The translations under genes and the position numbers were made by a program. Shown here in pieces: positions 14,308 to 27,231 of a DNA stretch of 64,000 nucleotides (position 1 is the first letter of the stretch; each line of letters begins with the position of its first letter). The DNA is from Mytilus edulis. Taxonomy: Eukaryota. The notes under the pieces were generated by a model. It was not told the DNA's origin and made no database searches. It was given only the letters and a program-made list of their open reading frames with translations. The stretch covers positions 33,480,001 through 33,544,000 of the forward strand of contig NC_092352.1 of the NCBI RefSeq assembly GCF_963676685.1. The letters are read 5' to 3'.

Positions 14308-14829
14308 TTGAAATTGCTGCATTTTTATCTCAAAATTTACTGTGTACAGACAACCCTGCGCATCTGGAAAAGTTTTAAGACATAGCATGCCCTAGATATA
14401 TAAATTTCTTATGCATTGTATGTTTTAGCTTATTTAAAACTTTACTGGATTTGAGGTGCACTTTTTTAAAGTCCCATCAGAAAATTAACAAACAGTTGAG
14501 TTTTACTTGATATGGACCACAGTTTAAATCACCAATTATTGTCAGGTATCTATTGTCCTTTTATTGTTCAGATCAATCAAGCCAGAGTTCACTTCAATTA
14601 TTACCTGTGAAGGTCTCAAACCTCCTTCACAATTAAGTTTATTTGTGCATCTTTTGGGGAATAAAATAAGTACACTGTAAAATCCAGTAACGTTTTTAAT
14701 TTTCTAAAACACAATATATTTCAATTTTATTTATCTATATATAGCTAGGGCATGCTATGCCTTTAATCTTTTCCAGATGAACAAGTTTGTCTGTACTGTA
14801 ATTTTGAGGTGAACATGCAGCCATTTAAG
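14308..14829. mobile_element. MITE with ~90-bp imperfect terminal inverted repeats
   Basis: ctcaaaattt..tacagacaa..catctggaaaag..catagcatgccctag is mirrored at 14745-14829. The right end finishes in TTAA. Confidence 0.6.
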
Positions 14830-14865
14830 ATCGCAACCTTGACCTTGTACAAAGTAATTTCAAAA

Positions 14866-16361
14866 TAAACTAAGCATTCTATGAGTATTGCATGGCAATA
14901 CATAGTCCACTACCGGTTAAAAAGTCTTTGTATTGGAACAAAATTCTGCCTTGAACTATAACTTGTCATGGTGTAAAGTATATAACAAATATCAAGTCAA
15001 TATCTAACAAATATCAAGTCAATATCTTCAAGCATGACCAACAAATGTGTTGAAAACTGTTTATGTAAGTGCATTTTCTAAGTCCAAGTAACACAACTCT
15101 GCACAAAATCATCAGACCGGAACAAAATTTGAAATTGAGCCGCAACTTGTCATGATAAAACTACATACAAATTTTCAAATCATTATCTTCATGAAGAACA
15201 AAAATGCGGAAAACTGATTATTTGAGTGAATTTTCGAAGTCCAAGGACCATAGCTCTGCACAAAATCATCAAACCGGAACAAAATTCACCCTTGATCTGT
15301 AACTAGTCATGATAAAACTATATACCAATTATCAAATCAGTATCTTCAAGAATGACAAACTAGAGGCTCCAAGGAGCATGTGTCGCTCACCTGATATTAC
15401 AAATGATGCATGAAATAATGCAACTGTTATATTTTTGCTTTAGTTTCAGAGATATAAGTCAACAACTGCATTTTTTTCCTTTGTTCTATTTAAAGCCATG
15501 TCTGTCATGTTGGTTGGCAGGCAGGGTCATCAGACACATTTTAAAGCAAGATACCCTAATGCTTAAATTGTAAAATTTGACCCTAAAGGGCAATAACTCC
15601 TTAAGTGGTCAATACCATTTTGATTATGTTGACTTATTTGTAGATCTTACTTTACTGAACATTATTGCTGTTTACAATTTATCTCCATCTTTTACTCAAG
15701 ATAATAACCAAACACTGGTTCAATGTCAACAACCCAACAACAGGTTGTCTGATTTGTCTGAAAATTTCAGAGCAGAAAGAAGAAAGATCGTGACCTGATA
15801 ATCAATTAAACCCTGTGTCAGATTTGCTTTAAATGCTTTGGTTTCAGAGGTAAAAGCCAAAATCTACATTTTACTCCTATGTTCTATTTTTAGCCATGGT
15901 GGCAATCTTGGTTAGTGGGCCAGATCATAGGACACATTTTTTAAACAAGATACCCCAATGATGATTGTGGCCAAGTTTGGTTTAATTTGGCCCAGTAGGT
16001 GCAGAGAAGATTTTTGTAAAATTTAACGATGACGTATAACATATGCCAAGTGATGAGAAAAGCTCACTTGGCCCTTTGCGCAAGGTGAGCTAAAAAAATG
16101 TGGAACACTGACTATTTCATTGAATTTTTTAAGTCAAAGAACCATAACTGTGCCCAAAATCATCAGACCAGAACAAAAATCTGAACTTGATCAGTATTTA
16201 AAATTGTCATGATATAACAATACACCAAATATCAAATCATTATCTTTAAGCATGAAAAAAAGAGTGTTGAAAACTGATTTGCCAGACTTACAGATGGACA
16301 GACAAGACGGACAGAGTTCAAACATATAGTCCCCTTTGACTTGACTTGAGGGGACTAATAA
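14866..16361 (-). mobile_element. Helentron-type element with internal ~145-bp tandem units and a nested second element (~15357-16096)
   Basis: Repeated aaaatcatcagaccggaacaaaatt units and (GACA/GACG)n plus tagtcccc..ggggactaa at the end. The nested element has gctcacctg / aggtgagctaaaa ends like 27329-28206. Confidence 0.6.
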
Positions 16362-17294
16362 GGAAACTTCAGCTCATATGATTAAGATTAATTTCAATCA
16401 AATTATGGATTTATAAAACCTTTTTTTCTTCACTAAAATTGGCAAAATTTTAGCAACTATGACCTTGACCTTAGATGTACATGCATGTATGTAGAAACAA
16501 CAAGATTAATTGCGGTCTTTTCCTTATAATGTGATATGGATGTAAGCAATTAAGTAAGGTGGCAATGTCATGTAACTATAAGGTTCGATGTTATCTGAAA
16601 GCCCATTGTTAAGTGTTTTTTTATTTACTTGCTTTTGAAAATAGGGGTCTTTCAATCCTTTCACTTGACCATATATCTATATAAATATATATATTATATA
16701 AAGCTGTATGCAATCCAATTTCAATTTCTGAGTTATTCTAAGGAAACCATCTGTCTTTATTCCAGTTTATTTTCAGTATTTATGAAATTTACCTTAGACA
16801 CATTAGACCTCAAAATAATAAAGAATTACCTCTCTTTACTTTTGACCATGCCATATATTAAATTAAAATGAAATAAAGTTCAATTAAATATTAAGTTTTT
16901 GATATTAGATTTATCACCTGAAAATCAGGATGACTGAGGGATTGACAGACAGACAAACACTTTAAAACTAAACAGACATTTGAAATTCTTCTTAAAATGT
17001 ATGCTGTTTATACATCAATGGTTTGTAAGAACTTGTACTCAAAATATTTCACCTTGATTTGATAAACTGGGAATATTGTTTATATAATGTAATTATATAT
17101 GCTATAGAAAAGTGGGTCTGTTTTTTTTAAGAGAAAATGTCTATTCTTTAAATTTTGCTTGTGCTTAAATAATGAACAATTTCACTACAAGTAACATTTT
17201 TCATATTTTTATTTAAAATGCTTAACTTATTTTTTATGTTAACAGTATGTATAACTATATTATCACTTCACACATCAGTTATTATATATAGTAT

Positions 17295-20200
17295 CTATGT
17301 CTTCATGTCTTCTAAATATTCCTCATATGTTATACTGGGACCATGCTGAGCCTCATTATAATATTTCTTTTGGATAAATTTTCTGCCAGAATAACCACAT
17401 ACTCCAACTTCTGGTTTATCCTAAAATATAATATATTTATTATTAATCAAAGCATGTGAATGTCAAAAACAACTAATCAAAATGTTTGTTTCATTCAGGA
17501 TAAAAGCTGCTAATATACAATGTATTACAGTGGATATATAAGTTTGCAGCTGTTTGCTTAACTTTGCTGGATTTTAGTGTAGACTTGACATAAAGTGTTA
17601 TTTGTAGATTGCCTGCTCAATTTTGTATTGATGTGTGATTTCAATTGATTTTTACAGTGTTGTTGTGCTGTTACACCACTGGTACAGGTTAGAGCGAGGT
17701 TGAACCCTAACCAACAAAAAAAACCCAGCCAAATTCAAGTCACTGTACAAACTTCAACAAAGAACAAAACAAAAATCATATATAAAGCTTCCAAGGTCCC
17801 TAACATGACAAAATATCAAACAATGAAAAAACAAAAACAGCCTGATTTATGACAAAACAATTTCCAAATAACAATGTGTCCATACTACACGGATGCCCCA
17901 TTATCACTACCTTTTTCTATTTTCAGTTAACAGTGGTATAGGGGTCAAAACTCTAATTTGATATTTCTGTTAGAAAGATCATATCATCTATACATGTGTA
18001 CTAAATTTCAAGTGAAGTTGATCGTACTTCAACTTCATCAAAACCTACCTACTCAAAACTTTAACCTGAAGCAGGACAGTATTGTTTTCTATGTTCAGTG
18101 GACCATGGAATTGGAGTCAAAACTTTGAAACTACCTTGACCTTAAACTTTAACCTGAAGCAGGACAAACAGAAGAACTAACAGATACACACTGGAAAACA
18201 TAATGTCCCTATGAAGGGCATATAAACAGACTTTTTTTTATTCAATAGATATCCTTACACACAGCGCTGTAGCAGCTTTGTGTCATAAAATGGATTACTC
18301 TTTTAATTTTGATTCAAACTTTGGTCATATGCTAATTCCTTCTAAACTTATACTTAGTACTTACAATGTTTATATATACTTTAGGATGGCCCAGTGCTCC
18401 CTTACTGCTAGACCAAACATTTGAGGCCTCACAGACAACAACAGGATCTTCTGCTATTAGGTCTATGGCAAATCTGGTGTTGACCTGGTAGAAAATAAAG
18501 AAAAACCATTTACTCAACAGTACAAAAATGTATATATGTGTACTTTGATAGTTAAATTGAATGATTACTGTTTTCTTAATGTCTAAAGGTCAAGTCATGC
18601 AAGTGTCAACCTACACCAATGTTATTGTAATATTGGAAAGGGACAGATAGTTGGTGTTGCAGGGAAAAACCAGATGTTCCGCAGGGCACAGCTTTATACG
18701 ACCGCAGAGGTCGAACACTGAACAGTTGGGGCAAGTATGGACACAACATTAAAGCTTGATACAGCTCTGAATTTGCTTTGTGATCAAATTTTTGACATAA
18801 TATAGGTTTCTGACACAAAACAAATGTCAAGATCTTACAAATCTAATAGGCAATACTGTGCAATAAAAGATTTCTTCTTGAAACTTTTCAAAAATTTGAA
18901 TTGAGAAATTTTGGAGAAAAAAATTGGAACCCCCCCAAACTTTTTGAATCCCCCCTTGGAGCAATTACCCCCAAACTCGATCCCAGCCTTTCCATTGCAG
19001 TATATCCTTGTTGTACCATTTCAGAGAGATCCATACACTTAAACACAATTTATTGTCTGGAAACTATGAAAATGCTTGTTTTTAGCCCTTTTTTTACCCC
19101 TAATTCCTGCATGAATGGGGCAATAACCCCCAAACTTAATCCCAGCCTTCCTTATATAAATGTGATTTGGAATTTTGTCAGAGAAATTCATACACTTACA
19201 TACAAATTAGTGTCTAGAAACTACAAAAAATGTTTGTTTTTATACCCCTTTTTGGCCCTTAATTCCCACACTGATGGCACCATAATCCCCAAGATGATTT
19301 CAAACCTTCTACATGTACTTGTAGTATTAAACATTGTGGTACAATTTCAGAGCAATTGAAATACTTATACACAAGTTATTAGCGTGAAAGTAGAAAAATG
19401 CTTGTTTTAGGCCCTTTTTTGGCCCCTAATTCCTAAACTGTTGGGACCATCATCCACAAAATCAATCCTAACCTTCCTTTTGTGGTATTGAACCTTCTTA
19501 TTAAATTTCAAAGAGATCCATTCTCGTAAACTAAAGTTATTTTCTGGACACCAAATGTGTCTTCGGACGACGCAGACGATGACATCATACATGTACCATT
19601 ATACGATCCCAAAATTTTTTTTTGCAGTCGTATAAAAACAATCTAAGAAAACATGTTAAGAGTTATGTGAGTGAACTTAAATGTGTAGGGAGCCAGGTAT
19701 TCTACTCACACAAGAATTTTTGAACTAGATGTGCAAGTTTTTGCAATGATGATTAGTTAATTATGCCACTCCCACACAGTCAGACAGTGTACGCTGAGAC
19801 AGAGAAATACAAATGTATGAACTTATTTCTTTACAAAAATGTACATCCCATTTTGACAATAAGACCTAAAGTTTTTACTGCTTAACTCTATGATATGCAT
19901 GTTCACAAATATACATGAATATATATAAGCAGGGATTCTGCTGAAAAATTAAAAATGGCAGAAAATAGATTGTTTTGGCGACAAAAAGAAAATTGATCCA
20001 GGGGAAACCTTGTATAACATTATAAGTATAAAATATTTCTTAAATACAAGCACCAATACTTTTTTATCATGTTTATAGACAAATTATTACTATCATAACT
20101 ACAAACTACTTCCTTACCAACTTAACTTTGTCTACAAATCTTCCCCTCCTCCAGTCACCTGGTTCCATTTTCTAAAATATTTAAAAATTAAATTTCTATA

Positions 20201-22622
20201 ATTTTACTGATCTACAAACATGACAGATATAATATCAATAATCAAGATAAAAATAGATGAAAAGGTTTTTCTATCTTCCATATACAATCAATCAATCTGG
20301 CTTTTGACCATAAAAGTACATTTTGTAGTAAGCAAATTGAAGTTTTATATCCTTCCTTAGGGCTTCCTAATGACTACCCATTTTTTTTTCCATGAAAAAT
20401 TATGAATATAATTTTTGGATGTCTTTACTGTCATGACCTTACATATAGGTGTTAGATTTTATCCCTACAACTACTGCTTGTATCTTGAATGACTCAATAA
20501 TTGTCATATAAGCATATTGTATATAATTTGATGTGAAGCAATTGTTTTAAGTATTATACCAAAAATAGAATTACTGACTATACATGTAAATATATATGAT
20601 ACTGCCAATTGGTTTTTTTTTCTGATCACTTTAAGTTTTGGAATTATTTCACACTTGACTATCATGACTATGCAGAAATGTTATCGTTGTGCATTGTCAA
20701 AATTTTTCTAGTTTAATAGTTCAATTTTTGTTTGTCTAAAAAGTGATAAAGGGGCCTTAACTTGTAAACCAGCACTTAGTTAACTAATTAGTCATTCACA
20801 TTTTACCACATGCATATGTAAAACAGTATATGAACTAACTTAAGCTTCCAATCAGGATCTGAAGTTTTCTGTCTTGTATGATGAAACAAATTGATTTTTC
20901 AGTTCTTCTTATATCACGATAATCAATTTTTTTTTCAGATTCCAGATAGCTTACAATTGTCTGTATTCCTGTATTCCAGCACATACATTGTATATGTACA
21001 TAACCATATAGAGACTTATTGTATTTACTGTTTTACAAATGTCATTTTTATTAAAATTAATAATTCGACTTTGCTCCATTGCTAGAAATGGGATCATATT
21101 CCTGACAAATGTAGCCACACATCTTGCGTTATTACATTGTATTGGTAAATAGCCAATGGGTACAAGTCAAATGGGCACCTGTACACAAAATGTACTTCAG
21201 CACCTATAGAAAAAGTCAAATAGCCATCTGGTCAAATTTCTATCTTGTCATTTCATCATTTGGTTATTCAACTGGAACCTAATACCACTTTTACCATTTT
21301 CTTTCCTTTTAATTTAAGAATATTTTTTTTTTTTATTACAATGTATTAACATATTTTTTTTTAAAAACTTAAAAATTTTGGAGGATTTTTGTACATCTGT
21401 ACATTGTTAAATAGCTCAGCACACATACTTATGCAGTCAGAACTACACGATAAATTTATTCAGTGTTTGCTTTTTGTGCGAAGTCTTTTCTTAATACTCT
21501 ATTACAATGTACATATTATATATTATGTACTTATATCAATTACAAACAATATTGAACTTGTTGAATAACCATTAAACCAAGGATTTGTATCATGTGTATA
21601 CATTTGTAGTAAAATAAATATTATACAAATCCTTGGTTAAACTTTGTTGTTTTAATAATAATTAGGTAATTGATCTAGTATATCTTTTATACAAAAAAAT
21701 AATGAATAAACATTAAACAAAGAAGCCATTATGCAAACTGTTGTGTAAAATCCTCAGAAGGTGAAAACTTATTTTAATATTTTTTTTCTGCATTTCTAAT
21801 CTACTTCAGTCTTAAAAGATTTAAAATAAATAACATTGGATCCAATCTTGTTTACTAGTAAGGCTATCAGTGCTGTGCAGACATTTTTGTCTTGAAATGT
21901 ACCTTATCGCTATTTGTCCGCCATTACTGGACATCACAAAAGTTACCGTAAAATTTTGACATCACAATGGAAAATAGTCCGAGACTACTCTGACGTCCAA
22001 CGGCTGTTTTGCCAGACAAGCTGGGGCCGTGGGACGTCAGAGCTCGTCCCATATCAAAAAGTGGATATTTTCCCACCCAAAATAGATGCGCTGCTTCATC
22101 AATTCAGGTGCCGATTGAGGGCCTTGGAATTATATAAATCGGGCATCAATCTGTTCATTTTTCATTTATGTAATTTGCACCTACCTGCCAACCTTTATTT
22201 TTCCATATTTTAACAGTTTTCACAGAGACCCATCGATATCATGTTTTAAAAAATTGGGAGAGAAAAAGGAGTCTTCAATAGTTCACTTGTAAAACATGAT
22301 GTTAATTATGGTTGTCGAAATAACTACCTATGAAGAGTTAACCAAATTTTATGAGGGGGCAAATTTGACTATAGCGAGTGCCGATTTAACCAGTTGCCGA
22401 AGTGATTAGAAATTATACCAAAAATTATTGTACGAGTGTGCCTTTATTTTTAGAGAAATTAAATACGTTTGCTATGTGATATACCTCTCCAGTATGTGTT
22501 ACAGTATCAACATTCTTTCCCTCAAAGTCCTTGCTGCCTACAGATGTTAAGCTAGACCCATATGGACGAGTTATTGCCTGTTTTGGTAAAAATCTGACCA
22601 ACGTCCTCCCAAGGGCAGCCAT
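17295..22622 (-). CDS. NDUFS6: NADH dehydrogenase [ubiquinone] iron-sulfur protein 6, mitochondrial (145 aa)
   Basis: Four phase-0 exons: 22622-22485 (MAALGR...VTHTGE), 20171-20118 (KMEPGDWRRGRFVDKVKL), 18484-18365 (VNTRFAIDLIAEDP...GALGHPKVYINI), 17420-17295 (DKPEVGVCGYSGRKF...KT*). THTG, FAIDLI and LGHPKVYIN are NDUFS6 signatures; the N-terminus looks like a presequence. Confidence 0.95.
18667..19638 (-). mobile_element. Helentron-type element (TATACGACCGCA family)
   Basis: Reverse complement of the ends of 35941-38036, with (GAC)n near its 5' end and internal tandem units. Confidence 0.72.
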
Positions 22623-23986
22623 ACTTGTTTTGAAAAATATTAATTTCCGGACCGTCTTCGTTACGAACAAGTAAAATTTCCGAAACATCAAAGTTTTATA
22701 TACCGCAAGACTATAAACGGTTACTAGGACTATTATAGTAATAATACTAGTTAGTATAATTGTCCCAGCTATAAATCATCAATGTTTTAGTCAAAAGCGA
22801 TGCTTGTACAACCGACAATTAAAACAGGTGCGTTGAAGTTTCTAAGGAGACTTTTCTTGGAAACAATTTCAAACTATATATATATACAGTTGTATTATAT
22901 GGGTCATTTTCAAAAATCGAATTTTCAGTACACCCATGCTAATTTTTTTGTTTCTAATTGAAATTTCAGTTGTAATGGTTTAAATGAAAGCTTGTCGGAT
23001 TTATGATTTATTGATAATAAACCGTGACGATTACGTCTATTTTGATAAGATTAAAATGTATTTAGTCCGATTTGGGGGTATTTGTATGCGTACAGTATCC
23101 GAAAAACACATTTCAAATGATTTTTTTGCCGCTTTTCTGATCGCCTTGATATCTGCAAAAGGGACTTTTTAAGACCGTTAATAATTACTATAATGAACGA
23201 CAGTGTAGGGAAAAGAAATTTTACGGACATTTAGTGAAAACAATAAGCTGGTTCTCGACTGACTACTACACCTTGTTTATAGACAGCCGGTGATATCCGA
23301 TGAACTGTTGGTTTTGATTAGTGAAAAAAAACATGTTTCCAATCAGCCAATCAAATTGCGCGTACTATATATTGCACTTCCCGCTGTAAACATGGAAAAA
23401 TTCAATTTTATGCTACAATCCAAGAAAGTCTTATCGCAAATCAACATCTACAGATTGAAAGAGTATTCTTTTTTTAAACCATCTCAGCTTAAATGTCTGA
23501 AAAGTGCTTTAGTTGGAGATACTGTGTGTGTGTTGCCGACTGGATATGGTAAATCGTTGATTTTTGAAGCTTTGCCTTTCTTCAGTAACGGAGTTGTAAT
23601 TGTAGTGTCGCCCCTGAATTCGATTCTGTATGAACAGTTAGACCGGTATGGAGACTTTGCTATTCATTTTAATGAACTTTTGTATAAGACCAGTGGAGCT
23701 AAGATACCTTTGAACGTCAAATATGTGATCGGACATCCAGAACAATTTATTAACAAAGAAGCTTTTCAACTTCTTAAATGTGAATTAAGAGATAGAATCA
23801 CTCATATTGTGGTTGATGAAGCACATTGTGTGGTACAATGGGGAAATGGTTTCCGTGAACAGTTTTATGAACTAATCAAGCTTCGGTCATTGTTTCCTTC
23901 TGCCAAAATTTTGGCATTGACTGCTACAGCAACCAAAGAAATGCAAGCTGAAATAGTGAAAAGGTTAGGAATGAAAGGAGTAGGAA

Positions 23987-25306
23987 GGAAGCAAGTTAAC
24001 TCGTACCAACGGAAACTCGTACCATCTTAACTCGTACCAACGTTAAGTCGTACCACTGGGAAGTCGTACCATTAAAAATATATTAAAACATACGATTGTT
24101 TTGTGGTGTTTTTTCTTTCTTAAATTAATAGAAAAAAAAGTTGAATTGGGCCATTTAAAAAAAATGAGGATTTTTACTTTTTGTGGTATATTTTTATATT
24201 AGTTAAGTTTAAAATTATAACACAGGTGTTATAAAATGCAGGATAGTCAGGGCTAGTGCTTCTTGAATGTTTATTTTTCTATATGTAACAATAGTGCCAA
24301 TTATTATGTAACAATAGTGCCAGTTATCTTTGAAAACATTATTGTATTAATGTAATACCATGTGAAATCTTAAATGTAGAAGGATGATATATATCGATAT
24401 AGATGTGAATAAAACATAAGGTGTATGTGTATCTCTTGAGAGTAAAAAATAATATAAAAGTACCCAAATCTATTCAATGTAATCGATTTGGAATGATAAT
24501 TTGCACAGATAATGAATGAAAAATCTTGTAAATTAAAAAATAGGCACTATTATTAAAAGCTTTCCTTGCTTATTCACAAGGACATATCATATCCTCCATG
24601 CTATTCCGATCTGAGTTTTTATTCATACATGTACATACATGTAGTCTGGTGCTGTTCCAAGTAGTCTTCTTTTTTCTGTTTCTTGAGAAGTATTTGTTTT
24701 ACCTGTTCAGTCACTGTAAAGTGTTACAATTCATATTTAAACGCAACACATAAATAGTGACCAAAAAGGTATGGCTATCACATGAGAGAAGCTAGAAAAA
24801 AGTCAAATGTATAAATTTTAAACATTTTTGTGGGACCATGAAAATGTGGTATATAGATAGATATGCATAGATAGACCATAGAACAAATAAGCAAACAAAT
24901 TCAAAGGAGATGTACATGTAAGATGAATTATGAAAAAAAAGAGCCATGGCCAGGGGCCCTAAACTTGACAGCATTTGGTGTTGAACAGGTAAAATGTTTG
25001 CAGTGACAATAAATATAGCCTTTGTTAGAGGTGACCCAGGTCGCCTTTCTCTAAATCAGCTATATTAAACATATTTCTGGGCCAGGTTGAAAAATAAATG
25101 AAAATGACTTTAAAAAAAGCTAATAGAAATACACCAAATTTGGGAGACATCTATTTAAATGTTTGAAATAATAAGAAAGTTGACAAGAACTTTAAATAAG
25201 TTGGTACGAGTTAGCAGTGGTACGAGTTTACATTGGTACGAGTTTTTTTTAGTGGTACGAGTTGACGTTGGTACGAGTTTACATTGGTACGGGTTAACTA
25301 TAATTC
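23987..25306. mobile_element. Non-autonomous DNA element, 8-bp TSD, subterminal repeat arrays; inserted in helicase exon 1
   Basis: TSD AGTAGGAA at 23979-23986 and 25307-25314. About 5 TCGTACCA units on the left and about 6 inverted TGGTACGA units on the right. Removal restores MKGVGTIVGNMDRPNI. Confidence 0.9.
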
Positions 25307-25874
25307 AGTAGGAACTATTGTTGGAAACATGGATAGACCAAATATTAAGTTGGTGGTTTCAACAAGACCAGCAGGGTGTGGTGGAAAAACTCGTGTTGAG
25401 GACTCTTATGACTATATTTACAGTCCATTGTGTGCTGAACTTGGCAATATGAAGGAGTTATTCCCTAAGACAGTGGTGTACACAAAACTCAAGTGGTGTG
25501 GATATGGCCAGGAATTATTTATCCGATTGGATCCCGAGCTGAAGGACTATGTAGCTCAGTACCACAGCCCTTGTACTCCACAGGTTTGTGCAATTGTTTA
25601 TTATAGTATATAGAATATTGTAAGTTTGAATTTACAACATGTACTATGCCAATATAAAACTCTCCACAAGACCAAATGATAAAGAATTTTAAATAACAAA
25701 TATAGGTCTGAAACTGTATGACCTTTAACAATAAGCAAAGCCCATACTTAAATAGTATTGTGAAGCACTCAAAAAGAGTCCATCTACATTAACACTTCTT
25801 ATTTGAAGTCAATTATGCATGTCACATTCTGTAACCACATATTATGAAAAACACTGTTAAACCATAACCTTGTG

Positions 25875-26651
25875 TTGAAAGTCATATGAACAATGTAACT
25901 ACCAGTGGCGGATCCAGAAATTTTCATAAGTGGGGGCACACTGAGCAGGGGGCCGCTCCATTCAGGCTTCAGTGATTCCCTATATAAGCAACCAATTCCC
26001 CCCCCCCCCCCCCTAAATCTGATTCTGACGACTGGTGAAAAATAATGTTTATTCTATTCGTTAACCAATGCATGTACTTAACATAAACCTAAGTCTTCTG
26101 TGCACGATTTTCTACATTTCTGTATTTTACACAAACTGATCGTATAATTGTCATTTTGTTTTTTCTCTGTTTATTACGTGTATAACTAGTACACTCAGAT
26201 AACAGTTTATTTCAATGACAGATGAAAGGTCTGCGAATTGCTTCCTAAAAGCAAGCAAATAAAAAAAGTAAACTTTATCTAACTGTGAACAAATCAAAGA
26301 ATTTTCTTCAGCAAAAAGTATGTACATCTGTTTTGTAATGATAACTAATCCGTTTAGTTTTAAAAAAACATAATGCAACAGGCTATTATTTGAACTTGGA
26401 AGTATTTTTAATTATGGAATTTGAATAATTTCTTCAGCATAACACTATCTATACAAAATACATTGTATGGAAAGTGTTATGATCCACTCAAAACATTATA
26501 ATAGATTTTTTTACCAAATAAACATGGAATTTATGAAAAAAATTCCAGCACAAGAAATTATGCAAATTCCATAATTAAAAATAATTCCAAGTTCAAATAA
26601 AAGCCTGTTATGCATATTTTTTTTTAAATTTGAGGTTTCATATGACTTTAA
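25875..26651. mobile_element. MITE (AAGTCATATGAA ends) containing an internal fold-back at ~26370-26615 and a small CAGTGGCGGATCC element at ~25903-26027
   Basis: aaagtcatatgaa at the left and ttcatatgactttaa at the right. Internal arms caggct.ttatttgaacttggaa / ttccaagttcaaataaaagcctg. Confidence 0.5.
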
Positions 26652-27231
26652 AGATAACTTTAATCTTTAAAGTCATATGAAACAATGTACATGTATAACT
26701 TTTTAAAAATAATCTTAGATATCTGATTTTTTTTTATTGAAATGGAAATATATTTGTATCTTTAAGATGAAATCCAAGGTACTGAGCAGCATGGCACAGA
26801 TGGACAGCAGTATTCGTTTGTTGTTTGCAACAGAGGCCTACAGCATGGGTACAGATGCACCAGACATTAGACGTGTTATTCATGCTGGGGTACCATCAAC
26901 AATGGAAAGTATGTTATTGTTAATTTAAATTGTACAATTGTGTGTAGATCTACAATGTATATACTACATATAAAAAAGAAAGTATTATTGCCAATGAGAC
27001 AACTATCCACAAAAGACCAAAATGACAAAAAACTTTAACAAATATAGTTAACTGTATGGCCTTCAACAATGAGCAAAAGCCCATACCACATAGTCGGCTA
27101 TAAAAGGCCCATTTTTAAGGCCAAACTAATTAGTTCTTGTGTTTCTTGCATTAAAATAAGGAATAGCACATACATGTGAAACAGTTGAAAATATAATTTA
27201 TTGTAATTTTTTAACAAAAAACATTAATAAC

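Noticed and set aside
18901-19359. 152-aa ORF and other short ORFs in repeats or antisense to real exons
   Set aside because: They lie within tandem units or are shadows of genuine coding sequence, with no recognisable motifs.
21150-22412. Possible third subterminal-array element in NDUFS6 intron 1 (ggcacc / gtgccga units)
   Set aside because: Too degenerate; no TSD or exact ends found.
23987-24100. CRISPR-like short repeats with spacers (also 25201-25300, 28260-28570)
   Set aside because: Units are ~10 bp, inverted at the opposite element end and bounded by a TSD; eukaryotic context and no cas genes.
26438-26481. CATAACACT hairpin as another P-like scar
   Set aside because: Arms are imperfect and no flanking duplication was found.
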